A DNA stretch of 60,284 bases, filler included, from Sphacelaria rigidula (Eukaryota), in the NCBI GenBank assembly GCA_964200075.2. It is 10 parts of 10 records of this genome, joined end to end, with 100 filler letters (N's around TTAATTAATTAA, not from the genome) between each part and the next. Parts side by side here need not be neighbours in the genome. Positions count along the whole stretch, not along the records: positions 36,233 to 42,170 come from CAXNAA020023334.1; positions 42,271 to 48,208 come from CAXNAA020023335.1; positions 48,309 to 54,246 come from CAXNAA020023336.1; 7 more parts are not named here. One strand, written 5' to 3'. The notes below the pieces were generated by a model that was not told where the DNA came from, did no database searches, and saw only the letters and a program-made list of their open reading frames with translations. Below, in pieces: positions 37,538 through 48,400 of this stretch. Position 1 is the stretch's first letter, and every line of letters begins with the position of its first letter. Made by a program: the position numbers and the translations under genes.

Positions 37538-37928
37538 TAGAGCTCGGAAATGGTTTGTCTAACCATTAACCAATTGAATGGGAACGTGTAGTGCACTCAT
37601 TAAGCAGTAAAATGGAACATGATGGTTTGGTCATCGAACGGCGGAGCCGCGAGCCGAAAACCCTCCCCCCGGCAGAGGGGGCCCCGCCGGAGCGCTGTGC
37701 CGGAGGCATGTTTTTACGCGATTTGGCTTCACTGGAGCTAACAAGTACGTTAAATTTGGACCAATTTTCAAGGGCTGTATGTAGCATACGCAGCCGGTAA
37801 CGGCTTATAAAGCCGGTAACGATAAATAATGGTTTGAAACCATTATCCATTGTTTTCATACAACCATTACCACTTTTGCCATGATGATGATAATGGTCAG
37901 TTATAACCGGTACCATTTCCGAGGTCTA
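37538..37928. mobile_element. hAT-type MITE with 17-bp TIRs and 8-bp TSD, intronic
   Basis: cataataa|TAGAGCTCGGAAATGGT ... ACCATTTCCGAGGTCTA|catgataa; subterminal aaccatta repeats. Confidence 0.85.
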
Positions 37929-37962
37929 CATGATAATGGACATCATTTCGTTTTATCCTAAC

Positions 37963-38138
37963 CTGACGTCTCGCTCTTGGCGAGCATCTGCGAGGTCCGC
38001 CTGCAGTTTGTTCACTAGTCCTTCCAGGCGTTCACGATCCCGATTGAGACTGAGTATGGCGACTCGATACTCCTCCTCCATTCGCGTATGCAACGCCGCC
38101 ACTCTCCGCGTCTCCTGCCTCTCTTTCTCGCATTGGTG
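37963..38138 (-). CDS. Coiled-coil protein exon 4
   Basis: ttacAG|...AG|GTtag; HQCEKERQETRRVAALHTRMEEEYRVAILSLNRDRERLEGLVNKLQADLADARQERDV. Confidence 0.8.
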
Positions 38139-38636
38139 CTGTAAAATATCACACACAGAGATGAACACAGAGACACACGTGTACTCAGAACACCGTTCGC
38201 GTGTAGTCCTATTAACAGCTGAGACCGAAGGACCACCACCCGAAATACGCCTGCAACACAGTCCTGAAAACATCATATTCACCAGGGAATGTCGTCTGTC
38301 GCGCTCAGTAGCGGAACAATACACTGTGATTGTGTAGCAGGAGAAAACAAACCGTACGCTCACCACTTCGAATGCTGCTACAGTAGTGGACCCGAAAAAA
38401 AGGCGACATCGCGACAGAACAAAAGTTAGCGCCTTGCTGCTAAACCCGTCTTGTTGCGGAAAATCTTCAGCCAATGATTGACTGCAAGTTGACTACCGTG
38501 TTCGACTTGTAGCCTCCACCCGTCTCTCTTCTCGCACCGTTTCAGCGCCGCACGCAGGTTAAAGGCCACTCTGAGCACGAAACCAATCAAGTTGCCGGAC
38601 TTCTACCGCTACTATTAGACTGGGCAAGACAAATAC

Positions 38637-38784
38637 CCTTGCCTCAAGCTCATCCCTCGCTTTTTCCATCGCCACGGCTAACCCGCCTCCGAGCAATTCC
38701 TCCAGCTCTCCCTCTAGTTCCTCTCTGCGGCTCCGCTCCCTAGACAGATCCTCAAGCAGATCATCTCGGCCGCCCACGGTCGTT
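38637..38784 (-). CDS. Coiled-coil protein exon 3
   Basis: gcAG|...|GTattt; TTVGGRDDLLEDLSRERSRREELEGELEELLGGGLAVAMEKARDELEAR; phases match both neighbours. Confidence 0.8.
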
Positions 38785-38947
38785 CTGCCGATGGAAGACG
38801 GCGAGCGGGGGGGGGCGGGGAAGAGTGTAAAAGTGACGTTACGAGTAAGTTTTGAGCAATAATTCCGATGTTGCATGCTCAGAGATCAATAGGAATTCGA
38901 CTCCTGGATGATGACCGACAAAAATAAAGTATGTGAACACGGGGGGG

Positions 38948-39510
38948 CGTACTCATGTTTTGCATACGGTAGCCACTATCATAGAAGACCGTTGACCACG
39001 CGTGCTTGGCAGGACAGATGGAGGGAGGGGGGGGTGGCATCCCTACCAAGCCTGGATGGAGCACGCCGGGTTTTCGCCGGATCAGGCTCGAAATCGCCGA
39101 GCACGAAGCGCCGTGGTGTGTTTGGCGAGTCGTATGGAGGGTGAGACACCTCCAATATTTGGGCGCTCATAACGTTTCTGCCAGGAATGACACAAAAACC
39201 CTTTACATGCCTCATCACCTTCTTGTTTCGCCGTCGTCTGTGGCCACCATCTATTGTCCTGGTATAGCGGTCCTTTTCTCGCTACTTCCTATTGTACCAA
39301 ACGTTTCATGCAACCTTTTCATTCACCTCATACATTTCCCCCTCTGACAATTCCCGCCGGGTCCTCCTTGTAATAATTCACGCTTTAACATTATACAAGT
39401 CATACTCCCTATTGCTTTGCCACGGGGGCGATTCTGTGCATCTGATTCCTCCTTCACTTGACTACTGGTAAACGTCTTTTGTCTTTCGGACAGGTCCAGG
39501 TCTCCCGTCC
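38948..39510 (-). mobile_element. LINE C-terminal fragment whose 3' region is the long tail shared with the ~570-bp element, followed by a third short tail variant
   Basis: GDLDLSERQKTFTSSQVKEESDAQNRPRGKAIGS matches the LINE at 16840-16940; it runs into ctcaccctccatacgactcgcc...cccggcgtgctcc; separate tail ...gcgtggtcaacggtc...catgagtacgCCCCCCC at 38941-39020. Confidence 0.82.
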
Positions 39511-39764
39511 GACACTTTCTACGATAGCCCCCCCAAAAAACCAGCCCAAAAGTGTCACGAAAAAAATGGCCAAACAGCGCCTGGTATTTGGGTTCAGGCT
39601 GCGTGAAGCGCCTCATATTGGCAACATTGGCGAAAACGAGCCCAAGCGTGGGAATTCCCAGCTGCTCGTTGTACTCGGCTTTTCCCACTTCGATTTACGT
39701 GAAGATTTTGCCTCCCAAAACCATGCATTTTTTTGGGGGGGGGGGGGCTATCGTAGAAAGTGTC
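39511..39764. mobile_element. MITE with GACACTTTCTACGATAGCCCCCC TIRs and apparent 4-bp TSD; second copy at 51554-51799
   Basis: gtcc|GACAC...GTGTC|gccc here; ctcg|GACAC...GTGTC|ctcg in the other copy. Confidence 0.88.
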
Positions 39765-40055
39765 GCCCAAATCCCATTTTCATTTCCCTTTTCTTTTTTG
39801 GGGGGGGAGAGGGTATGCGACGCCAGAATAAAGTCAACACGCACCGTACTGTGCTTTTGTGAGACAAAATATCGGAGAGTGTAAGAAGTTACACAGCGTA
39901 TGGGTGGCTCCCTATGTGCAAAATAATTTCCAAACTGTTGGCGCGACGTGACAAACCTGTCGGGGTGCGTGCGGGTATCCTGGGAGCACAGCAGATTCCT
40001 GTATCTCTGCAGGCATGATACCCCAATCTGAACAAGTGAAACGCGGAGAGCATAC

Positions 40056-40135
40056 CTGAGTTCTTCGATCAGCTTCCGGTTCAGAGACGCGAAACCGTCC
40101 ATTGAGTCCAGTGCGGCACGCGCTTCTTCCCTGGC
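40056..40135 (-). CDS. Coiled-coil protein exon 2
   Basis: aacAG|GCC...AG|GTatg; AREEARAALDSMDGFASLNRKLIEEL(R). Confidence 0.75.
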
Positions 40136-40555
40136 CTGTTGTTCGTCACCGGGAACGAGGTCGATCAATCAAAACTGTTGAAAATTCACACAGCAAACAG
40201 TGACCACGAAAACAAATGTCCAAGTGGCACCGAGACAACGTGGAATCAAGAGGTGATGCATGATAGGAACCAGCAGGTTAAAAGATAGCTGCACCCGCGG
40301 CGTTGCTGGAGAGTTGTTCACCGCATAGATAGACGAGAAAGTTCATGTTGAGACGGCGTGACACGTGTTGTACGAGGAGACGTCCGTCGCTCTCCGCCTC
40401 ACTAATGGCACAGCAATGGCACTTAGGTCACCCTGCATATAATTTCCTAGGCCTGTGACTCGCCGTGCACGCAAGAACTAACGTACAGGTGGTCTTGCAG
40501 GTGCATGTCGTTCTCTTTTACTCTCCGGTAGTGCAGGGAGCGCGGTGTGGAGGGG

Positions 40556-41130
40556 GTGTACTCATGATACTTGCATGCCATAGTCATATGACCAATGACC
40601 TCGCATCCCTACAAAGCCGGGACAGAACACAACGGGTCGTCGCCGAACCTGGCTCGTAATCAATCACCAACCGCAAAGCGCCGTGACGTGTTCGGCGAGT
40701 CGTATGAAGGGTGAGCTGCATCCTGCCAAGATTGTTTTGCCCGAAGCGCACTGATCATCTTGCATTTGGATGTTAGCCTCCGATGAGTTGCTTCGTTTTC
40801 TGGTGTCGCCACTTACAGAGACAGCCACGGGTTTCACACTGCCTCATGGGTGTCTCACCAATCGAAACACTACGTCGTACGATCATCCCCTTTGCGCGGA
40901 GTCGATGTTCTCCCACCCCGCACAAAAAGATCTAGCTCGACCACCATCATGGTTACGGCAAAAAACAAACACAAGCAAGGGCGAAAGCAAATCGGTAACC
41001 TGGCTGCCTTACTGACGCAGTGAGTGGTGTGTTTTACAGCTTCATTGCCAAACGACTCTATTATAACCCCACAGGGGGTTCGTTCCTCTCGCCGGGACAG
41101 AGCCCGCCGGGTTTTCGCCGGACCAGACGC
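40556..41130 (-). mobile_element. Second full-length copy of the ~570-bp poly(C)-anchored element, intronic
   Basis: Colinear with 7806-8372; direct repeats at ~40607-40653 and ~41091-41127; G-rich runs on both sides. Confidence 0.88.
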
Positions 41131-41718
41131 GGGGAGGGACGAGGGAGGGGTAAAGGCACTGCTTGAACAAAGGAGTCACTTCTAGGCATCGCTGCATGTA
41201 GGAAAACCACTTTTTCAGGCTCAACATGACACATCCAAACACATCGCTCTCGGCAAGGCCTTCGCGCACAACACGGTTCATCGGAGAGCGTATCGAGCGG
41301 TTTAACGTGCCCATGGACCCCATTGCTTCTTATACTGTAGCATGTTACCCCGTCCCTTCCGGGGGATCACCTTCTACCGCTAGTCGTTTCGACAGCAGGG
41401 AAGAGTATGCACGGTATTGCGTTTCGCAAGGAAGCGAATCACCATTATTTGTTGGAGACGTCACCCTTTGCCCACTGAAAAGTAGCACTCTCAACCCATC
41501 TGCGACGTTCACCACACCAGCGCCTCGACTTGGAGGTGCAAGTTGGTCTTGTTAGCGGTTAAATGGGCTAAACGTGCGGAAGTCAAATGCCGATAATGAT
41601 ATGGCACGAGGCACAGGTGCGATATCGCTACTCTCCAGTTACCCGAAGACCATGGACGTGATTTGAAGGTATATCATAGGATATTTGGTCTGTTTGAGAG
41701 TCTGCCCATGCCACTCAC

Positions 41719-42016
41719 CGTATTCGCGGCGTCCGCGACCACATGCATCTGCGCTCGGCTCTCTAACAGGTTTGTCTCTGATGTCACCTCGTCCATTCCC
41801 CCTCCGCCCCGGCGCCTGGTGAACGCTCCCGCTGATGTTCGACTTTCGGGAGAGAGACTGCGAGTTCTGGCAGTCCATGGCTGAGAGCTAGCTTTGGCAC
41901 CGCGGCCTGGAGAGTCGCCGTGGTCATTGCGGCGGCTACTACCGTGCTGCTTGATAGCTGTGCTGAGGTTGACCCTCATGGTTAGCACTCTCAGTCGATT
42001 TTCGAGTTCTAGAGTG
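41719..42016 (-). CDS. Coiled-coil protein exon 1 of those visible
   Basis: tacAG|...ACG|GTgagt; TLELENRLRVLTMRVNLSTAIKQHG...ESRAQMHVVADAANT, phase 0 into the next exon. Confidence 0.7.
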
Positions 42017-42096
42017 CTGTAGTAGCAGCATTTGTGGGGTCATTGCGAGTGTGGAGGCGTTTGTTCACACAGGAGAAATGGTAGGGGGGGGGGGGG

Positions 42097-42170
42097 GTAC
42101 TCATTTGTTGCTTGCCTTAGTCTTTTGACCATTGACCACGCATCCCTTTCGAGACGGAGCACCGTTCCTA
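42097..42170 (-). mobile_element. LINE 3' terminus followed by a 14-nt C-run
   Basis: Reverse complement reads cggtgctccgtctcgaaagggatgcgtggtcaatggtcaaaagactaaggcaagcaacaaatgagtac+C-run. Confidence 0.9.
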
Positions 42171-42404
42171 NNNNNNNNNNNNNNNNNNNNNNNNNNNNNN
42201 NNNNNNNNNNNNNNTTAATTAATTAANNNNNNNNNNNNNNNNNNNNNNNNNNNNNNNNNNNNNNNNNNNNGGAGTAGACACGGTGCTCCGCCTCGAAAGG
42301 GATAAGTACGCCCTCTCCCCCCCCCCTCCCTCCCACCCTCCCTCCTTACTACTGTAATCCTATCGACGCCCTGCAGTTTCCATCCGTTTTTTTCGCCAGA
42401 TACG

Positions 42405-42495
42405 TCTACAGTTCAGTACAGTTCGGTATAGTTCAGTTCGGTTCAGTTCAGTACAGACAGTTCAATTCAGTTCAGTTCAGTACGGTGCAGTACAG
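42405..42495. repeat. (GTTCA/GTACA)n pentamer microsatellite
   Basis: Direct observation. Confidence 0.85.
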
Positions 42496-42511
42496 CAGGT
42501 TGTGGTTTTAC

Positions 42512-42816
42512 CTGTATTGTTCTCCACTGCGGATTCAGCGTGTGACTTTGCACCTCAGTCTTGAACACGTACACCCTCTCGCCCGTCTCCAGCACCCGGG
42601 CCATCTTCAGGAAAGGATCGCTGGACATAAGGTCCTTCTTATCCACCTGTTGTGCGCGCAGTTTGAGCGTCACGAGGTCGTGCTGGTGCTCAACCTCGTC
42701 CATGCGCACAAACACCTTCCCCGCGTCGGTTGCGCCCAATTTGGCATTCGTCAAGTTCAATTCGGCAGTCTGCGAACTTGTCCCCAAGATCTCCGCCATC
42801 GTAGTTTCCGCCACAC
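42512..42816 (-). CDS. Copine (C2A end and C2B domain), exon 3 of 3 visible
   Basis: ctAG|...CAG|GTaaa; (G)VAETTMAEILG...VTLKLRAQQVDKKDLMSSDPFLKMARVLETGERVYVFKTEVQSHTLNPQWRTIQ. Confidence 0.92.
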
Positions 42817-42819
42817 CTA

Positions 42820-43070
42820 GGGTTAATGGTGAAGGGTTAGATCAAGGGTTTGGGTTGAGGGGTGCGGGTAAGGGGTCAAGGGTCAGGGTTCAAGTGTCAA
42901 GGGTCAGGGTTCAAGTGTCAAGGGTCAGGGTTCAAGTGTCAAGGGTCAGGGTCAAGTTTTACGGGTAAGGGTTAAATACCAATGGTTGGGTTCAAGTATC
43001 AAGGGTCACGGTTAAATATTACGGGTCAGGGTTAAGGATTAAGGGTTGGATACGGCTAGGGTCACGGTTT
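42820..43070. repeat. Degenerate telomere-like tract including a 21-bp tandem unit (caagggtcagggttcaagtgt, about 3.5 copies)
   Basis: Repeated agggtt/agggtc motifs directly abutting the copine 3' splice site. Confidence 0.8.
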
Positions 43071-43449
43071 GACAATGAGCAGCTAGAGTTTGGGCCGCGG
43101 TCACCGCTCACGTGAAAGAGTGTGAGACTGTTGGAATAGCAGTGTTTACATTCGGCTTCCGACTCTTTCAAAGTGCAGAAAATGGGCGATGAAACAGAAA
43201 TGTGCAACGTGGCACAAATACGCCAGTAGGGGTACAGTGAGCAAAACCCGATTTGTTTTCATGCGAAAGAAAAATCTTGATTTCGCGTCACACGTACTTG
43301 TCATGATCTAAGAATAGCAGTAAAGTCATGTTTTTATGCAGGCCTCCTCTGTTGCCACAATAGGAGACAGCCCATGTAGGTGGTGTGATTATTGGTGGTA
43401 AAAGCTCCTTTCGCCAAGAGGCACCTGGGTACTTCATCACAGCCTATTT

Positions 43450-44620
43450 TTACCATGTTTCCTATTTTTGTCTCGTACCCCGCATTCATCTATGGACATC
43501 ATCTCGTCTTGGTCTCCTCCTACGCCCTTCCATACCTTCTCGACAACACTGTCTCACCTTAATTCTCCTTGCCCGTTCGTCTTTTCCATCCATAAAGCCC
43601 TGTCGACTATGCCTGGCAATATCGCCCTTGGCATGCTTCTTAGTTATAATGCCATTCCAAACTTGAACTTTTCATGTATCTGTTTCAAGTCGTAACATTC
43701 CTATCCCTGCTCTCAATGCTGTTCTTAATCATTGTTTTTTAGCATCCAAGTGTCTTCTCAGCTGCTGCCATCTGTACTGTTTCCAGCTTTTTCACCGAGT
43801 TCGCGCTTCCTTCCCATACTTCTCCTGCATATTCCAGCTTTAGTACAATGTGTACTGTTTCCAGCTTTTTCACCAACTTCGTTTCATTTCTTAATCCTCG
43901 AGTCTAGATGCGAGTCTCTTAGGATCTCGTCCATCTTGTCTACCTGTGTCTTACCCTTTTGTATTACTATATTCAAGTGTGCACCCCAAGAACAGTTTTT
44001 TTTACATCTTTATGTCAAGGTACGTTGACTGGTACACGATCGGCAGTTCCTTTTCTCCCCACTTCCATTCGAACTCTACCGGATTCTCCTCATCTTCGTT
44101 GCATACAAGTACCGCGCACTTTTTTTACGTTCGCTTTCACTCTGCATTTTCCTAGTGCAGTCCAGCGCCTTCTTCCCTTGTTTTCACATTCCTCCTCGTG
44201 TTTCTCATATCCAAACAAAATCATCCGCGAACATCAATCCCGGTCCCATATTCCCCCTCACCTCGACTCCTTGCTTTGCTGCTTCTATTGCTGTCATCAG
44301 GTCAGTGATGATACTTCCAGTAAAAGTGAGTGAAAGCGTACATCTTCGTGAAACTCCCTTTGTAAAGAATAAAGTATCAAAATATTTTGATTTCTCCATC
44401 TAGCATCACAGCAGTTCTCGCACACTCAGTCATCTCTCCCACCCTCCTCCACATTCTCCTTCTGATCCCAATTTCTCACATCTTTTCCACAGCCCATTTC
44501 TCCATACTGTTTAATAGGCCTTTCGTACGTCTAGAATGAAACAGTCAGCGTATTTCCTGCCTTGAACAAATCTCACCTGCAACAGTGCCTGCGCATGGTC
44601 TACGCAGCTACCGTATGGCC
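43450..44620 (-). mobile_element. Degenerate RT-domain fragment of the RTEX-like LINE inside a copine intron
   Basis: SCVDH, SKYFDT..KGVS..CTLS, EAAKQGV, GLMFADDF; colinear with ~15545-16690. Confidence 0.9.
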
Positions 44621-44836
44621 CATTAGCAGATTTCGTCAAAGTCTTCGTCATTTTTACGATCTCCCCACGCGACTCGAGTCATACTTCTGCTGACTTTTCT
44701 TGTTCATGATTCGAGCAGAGCGCCACTGAACTGAACTTGCGAAGTTGCGTTTGTGTCAGCCGTCAAACATCGTCCACACCACCACAACAATATGATGATT
44801 ACTTCCCATCGTGCCGTTTTTTCTTTTCTCAGTCAC

Positions 44837-45007
44837 CTTGAAAGTCTTGTTTGCTCAGTACCAATTGGCTAGCATCGTTGGTCTTGTACGCGCTGTCCGC
44901 ATCATATACCTCCAGCCTCAGGCTTTGCACCTCCTCAAAAATGTACGTCAACGTGAACTGGGCCGTGAAGTTCGGGCTTTGGCTGTTGGACACAATCTCC
45001 GTGCGGC
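44837..45007 (-). CDS. Copine C2A domain, exon 2 (absent from the ORF track)
   Basis: tacAG|...AAG|GTgact; (G)RTEIVSNSQSPNFTAQFTLTYIFEEVQSLRLEVYDADSAYKTNDASQLVLSKQDFQ(G). Confidence 0.93.
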
Positions 45008-45415
45008 CTGTACATGCACAACGCGTTCAACAGATGATGTCGATAAGGTGTTGAATCTGAGCTGAAATGTGCCAGGACCCCCGATGACCGGTCAGTCCGT
45101 AAGTCAGTCAATATTGAGTACAGTTGATTTATTTCTCGAAATGTGGAGCGGATACAAATATGTTCAGATCCCCAATGTGATAGCGGTGGTAAGCGAAAGA
45201 GCCTGAGAAAATCTCCAATTACGAGGAAACACGATGACCTCGAACAATATTCAATTAATTCACGAATAATTCATTAATTCATTCATTATTATATATGCCC
45301 TACGTTTTAGTTTTCTCCTGAAAACTCACAACTGTTGGACGCAATGTGTTACACTTACCTATTTATTGTTTTCCTGACTAACGTCACCTCACAAAAATTC
45401 AGATCCATCGCTCAC

Positions 45416-45498
45416 CCACTTCTCGCCAATTGACATCCGTGTCCGTTTTCCATCGCAACACAACGAACGGATCCGATTTGCTCATCTTGTCCATTTTT
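45416..45498 (-). CDS. Copine C2A domain, exon 1 of those visible
   Basis: gatAG|...G|GTgagc; KMDKMSKSDPFVVLRWKTDTDVNWREV(G), joining to RTE to give the copine SKSDP...W.EVGRTE signature. Confidence 0.9.
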
Positions 45499-48400
45499 CT
45501 ATCAACGAAGACATTGACGCGCAAGAATGGGAATCAACGACAAACAGAGGCCAAACATGGAGATTTCGTAAAAACATTTTTTGCGAACAATTGAGCGGGT
45601 ATGATCAGGGGGTCACTGTGAAAAGGTGATGGGACCTCAACAGACACTCGTGGGCATTTTTCCTCCTGCAGTATCATGTCGTAGTGTCCATCCATATCAT
45701 CCCCTTTCGTTAGTGAGCCTCTTCGTGCGTCCTTGAACGGAGGTTTGTGGAAGCTACCTTCTTCTGCCGGCCAGCGGTGAGGATATTTCTGTCACCTGTT
45801 ACAGTGTAATGTGTCAGCACCCTTGTGCGGGCATGTCAGGATTCGGTGTGTGCGCGCGCAGGCAGACACTGCTATCGAAAGCTGGCACGCACAACTTTGA
45901 TCAAAAGGAGCGTGTGCTCGTGTGTGGCTTAATTTTGGCGACAAGGATGGAGGAAAAGCGGTCGACGACGGACAGGAAAAGGTCTGGTTGAGCCTCCTGG
46001 ACGAGACACCTTCACGACCAGAACCGGAGTGCATAGTGCATCACGAGCGAGGAAGTGCTTCACACGAAAGGAAGCAGAGGGGGCACTCGCTACGAACAAC
46101 GACGAGAACATGTGGGATCATGGACGCTGGTGAGGATGGATGGGCAGTTGCATTGGCCGTGGACGCTGATGAGGATAGATGGGAGCATCATGAGGTCAAC
46201 ACCGAGGAGGGTCCTGCAGCGGAGGAAGAACAGAGCAGAGCATTTTGATTTAGTTGTTTTGTTATGGTCACTGTGTACAGATGGTATTCCATGTTTTCAT
46301 GGTTGGATATAGGACACTCTGAACAAATGATGTTTTTTACTGACACGCAATCTTGTGTGTAAGTTAAACACGCCCTGAGTGTTGTGTTTCTATGTCGATG
46401 CTACTTGACTCGGACCCAAGGGAAAACATAATTCCTTTTTCTTTCTTCCTCGCCATAGGTTCGTCCTATTTTTCGTTTTCTTTCTTTTTCTTCTCAGCTG
46501 ACGTTGTTCAGTCTCCGGTGCGCAGTCTCTGTAGAGGATCTCCTTGAACAGCACTCTAGACAGCAGGTCTACTTTGGGATCGGTTCCCGTTCTATGCGAC
46601 AGTTCGATTACGGGCTTACTCGCTGATACTGCACTGTGCAGACACCAGTACGTGGCACGGTAGTCGGAGAGGTCACCCGCCGGAACTTTTCAGGTTCCAG
46701 TAGGTCTCCTGTAGTTCAATCGGTCTTATACGGATATTTCACCATGTAGGGTGCCTTGTTTTCGTGTAGATGTTTTGTTCCTCGCCTTCCTCTGGGGGCT
46801 GTTTGGATCATGGATATGGATGGTATGCTTCTTGGACTCTGTAAGCACAGGTTCGAGATCGAGCTAATGTGACGGAAATGAAAAGAAAAGGACGAGACAT
46901 CGGAGAAGGTAGAGGCTCTTGCCCAGAGGAGTGGAAGCCTTGACACGATAAAGTCAAGCCACATTGTGATGTCGCTGTCGCACGGTATGAAGATGTCCCA
47001 AAAAAAAAAGCGTTCTTCCCACTTTAGTTTAACCCTTTGGGAACCCCCCCTCCCGTCCCCGGTCCAGACGCCTCATTATTTCAAGCGCTGATAAGAGAAG
47101 AAAATATGGGGAAAGAAAATACCGACAACAACCCTTTTTGCGGCGGAAGGCCACAGAAGAATCCACCGACATACGTCATGCTCGCACCAAAAATGTCACC
47201 CCGGTGCAGTCGGATTAGTTTTATCGAATGGGGGGACGCAACGGGTCAAGTATGTTCAACTTTGTGCACAGCAAAAAGCAGCACTACGGCCTCCGAGTTT
47301 CATACAGCAAAAATCAAAACCTGTATATTTTCTATATGTGTAGTCCCGTGTGGCACTGCGGCACACATTTATACAGGTGACGCACTCCACCGGAGTATTG
47401 GTGTGCTGCAGTCTGGAGGCCGTACCCGCTCAACACTTGGCAAGCGTGCTAAGCCACATCACAGAAACAAAGTAGCATGGTCGATCACACAGAAATCCCT
47501 TCACCACACGTGGAAGGATTGAGATGCGATACGGGATTTACGCGATTCACCGTCAGTTGGGAGCGGTCGCGGGTCTGAAAAACACGCTGGTGGTCCTTGG
47601 AAGCTGCAAACAATTAACCATATGTTGTTAAAAAAACAGAACCTCGAAATCAGAACTTTTCCATTGTCAGTACCAAAAAGAGTAATGTCGAAAGTTTGGC
47701 CGGGTGAAGGCCTCCGTCAGGAGTCAGCGCATACAGGGCATCAAAACCGTGCTATATTCGTCGTCGTAGACGACGAGAATGTTTGTTAAAAAAAGAAGTA
47801 TTATAGTAGTAGTGTAGCAACGTCTTTTCACTGCTACCGTTGACTTGAATCAGCTTGCAAAACACTCACACGTCGGACAACTCAACCCTTTTGGAACCGT
47901 TGATGGAAAATTGACGATTTGCATGTGACGTTTTTTCGGACAAGAAATGGTTGTTTTTCTACAGCCTTTGAGCAGACGACTCGCCCAAAGCGTGTTTTTC
48001 AGACCCGTGCGAATGGAACGTGGAAGAAAAGAAGGTTCGAAGGTTCTCTATTTTAAGGGTATGACGAATTGTTCGACCCGTCGGTGTCTTGTAACCCCTG
48101 CCAAAGTGCATGGCTGACTCTCCGTGAAGCAATCTTCACGCCGCACCTGCAGTAGATGCTTTGCACCGCATCATAGCAAGCTTGCGCCCAAGTTGAAATA
48201 ACAAAGGCNNNNNNNNNNNNNNNNNNNNNNNNNNNNNNNNNNNNNNNNNNNNTTAATTAATTAANNNNNNNNNNNNNNNNNNNNNNNNNNNNNNNNNNNN
48301 NNNNNNNNTGGCGGTCGCCTCGCCGTCTAAGTACTTGTCTACATCTACGTGCGTGGGGTGGTCGTGGCCGCTGCTCGCGTGTTGAGCCATGAAGTTTTAT

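Noticed and set aside
47870..47930. Possible upstream copine exon ending SKRVELSD(V)
   Set aside because: Phase fits, but the spacing to SKSDP is shorter than expected and no clear start or acceptor is visible
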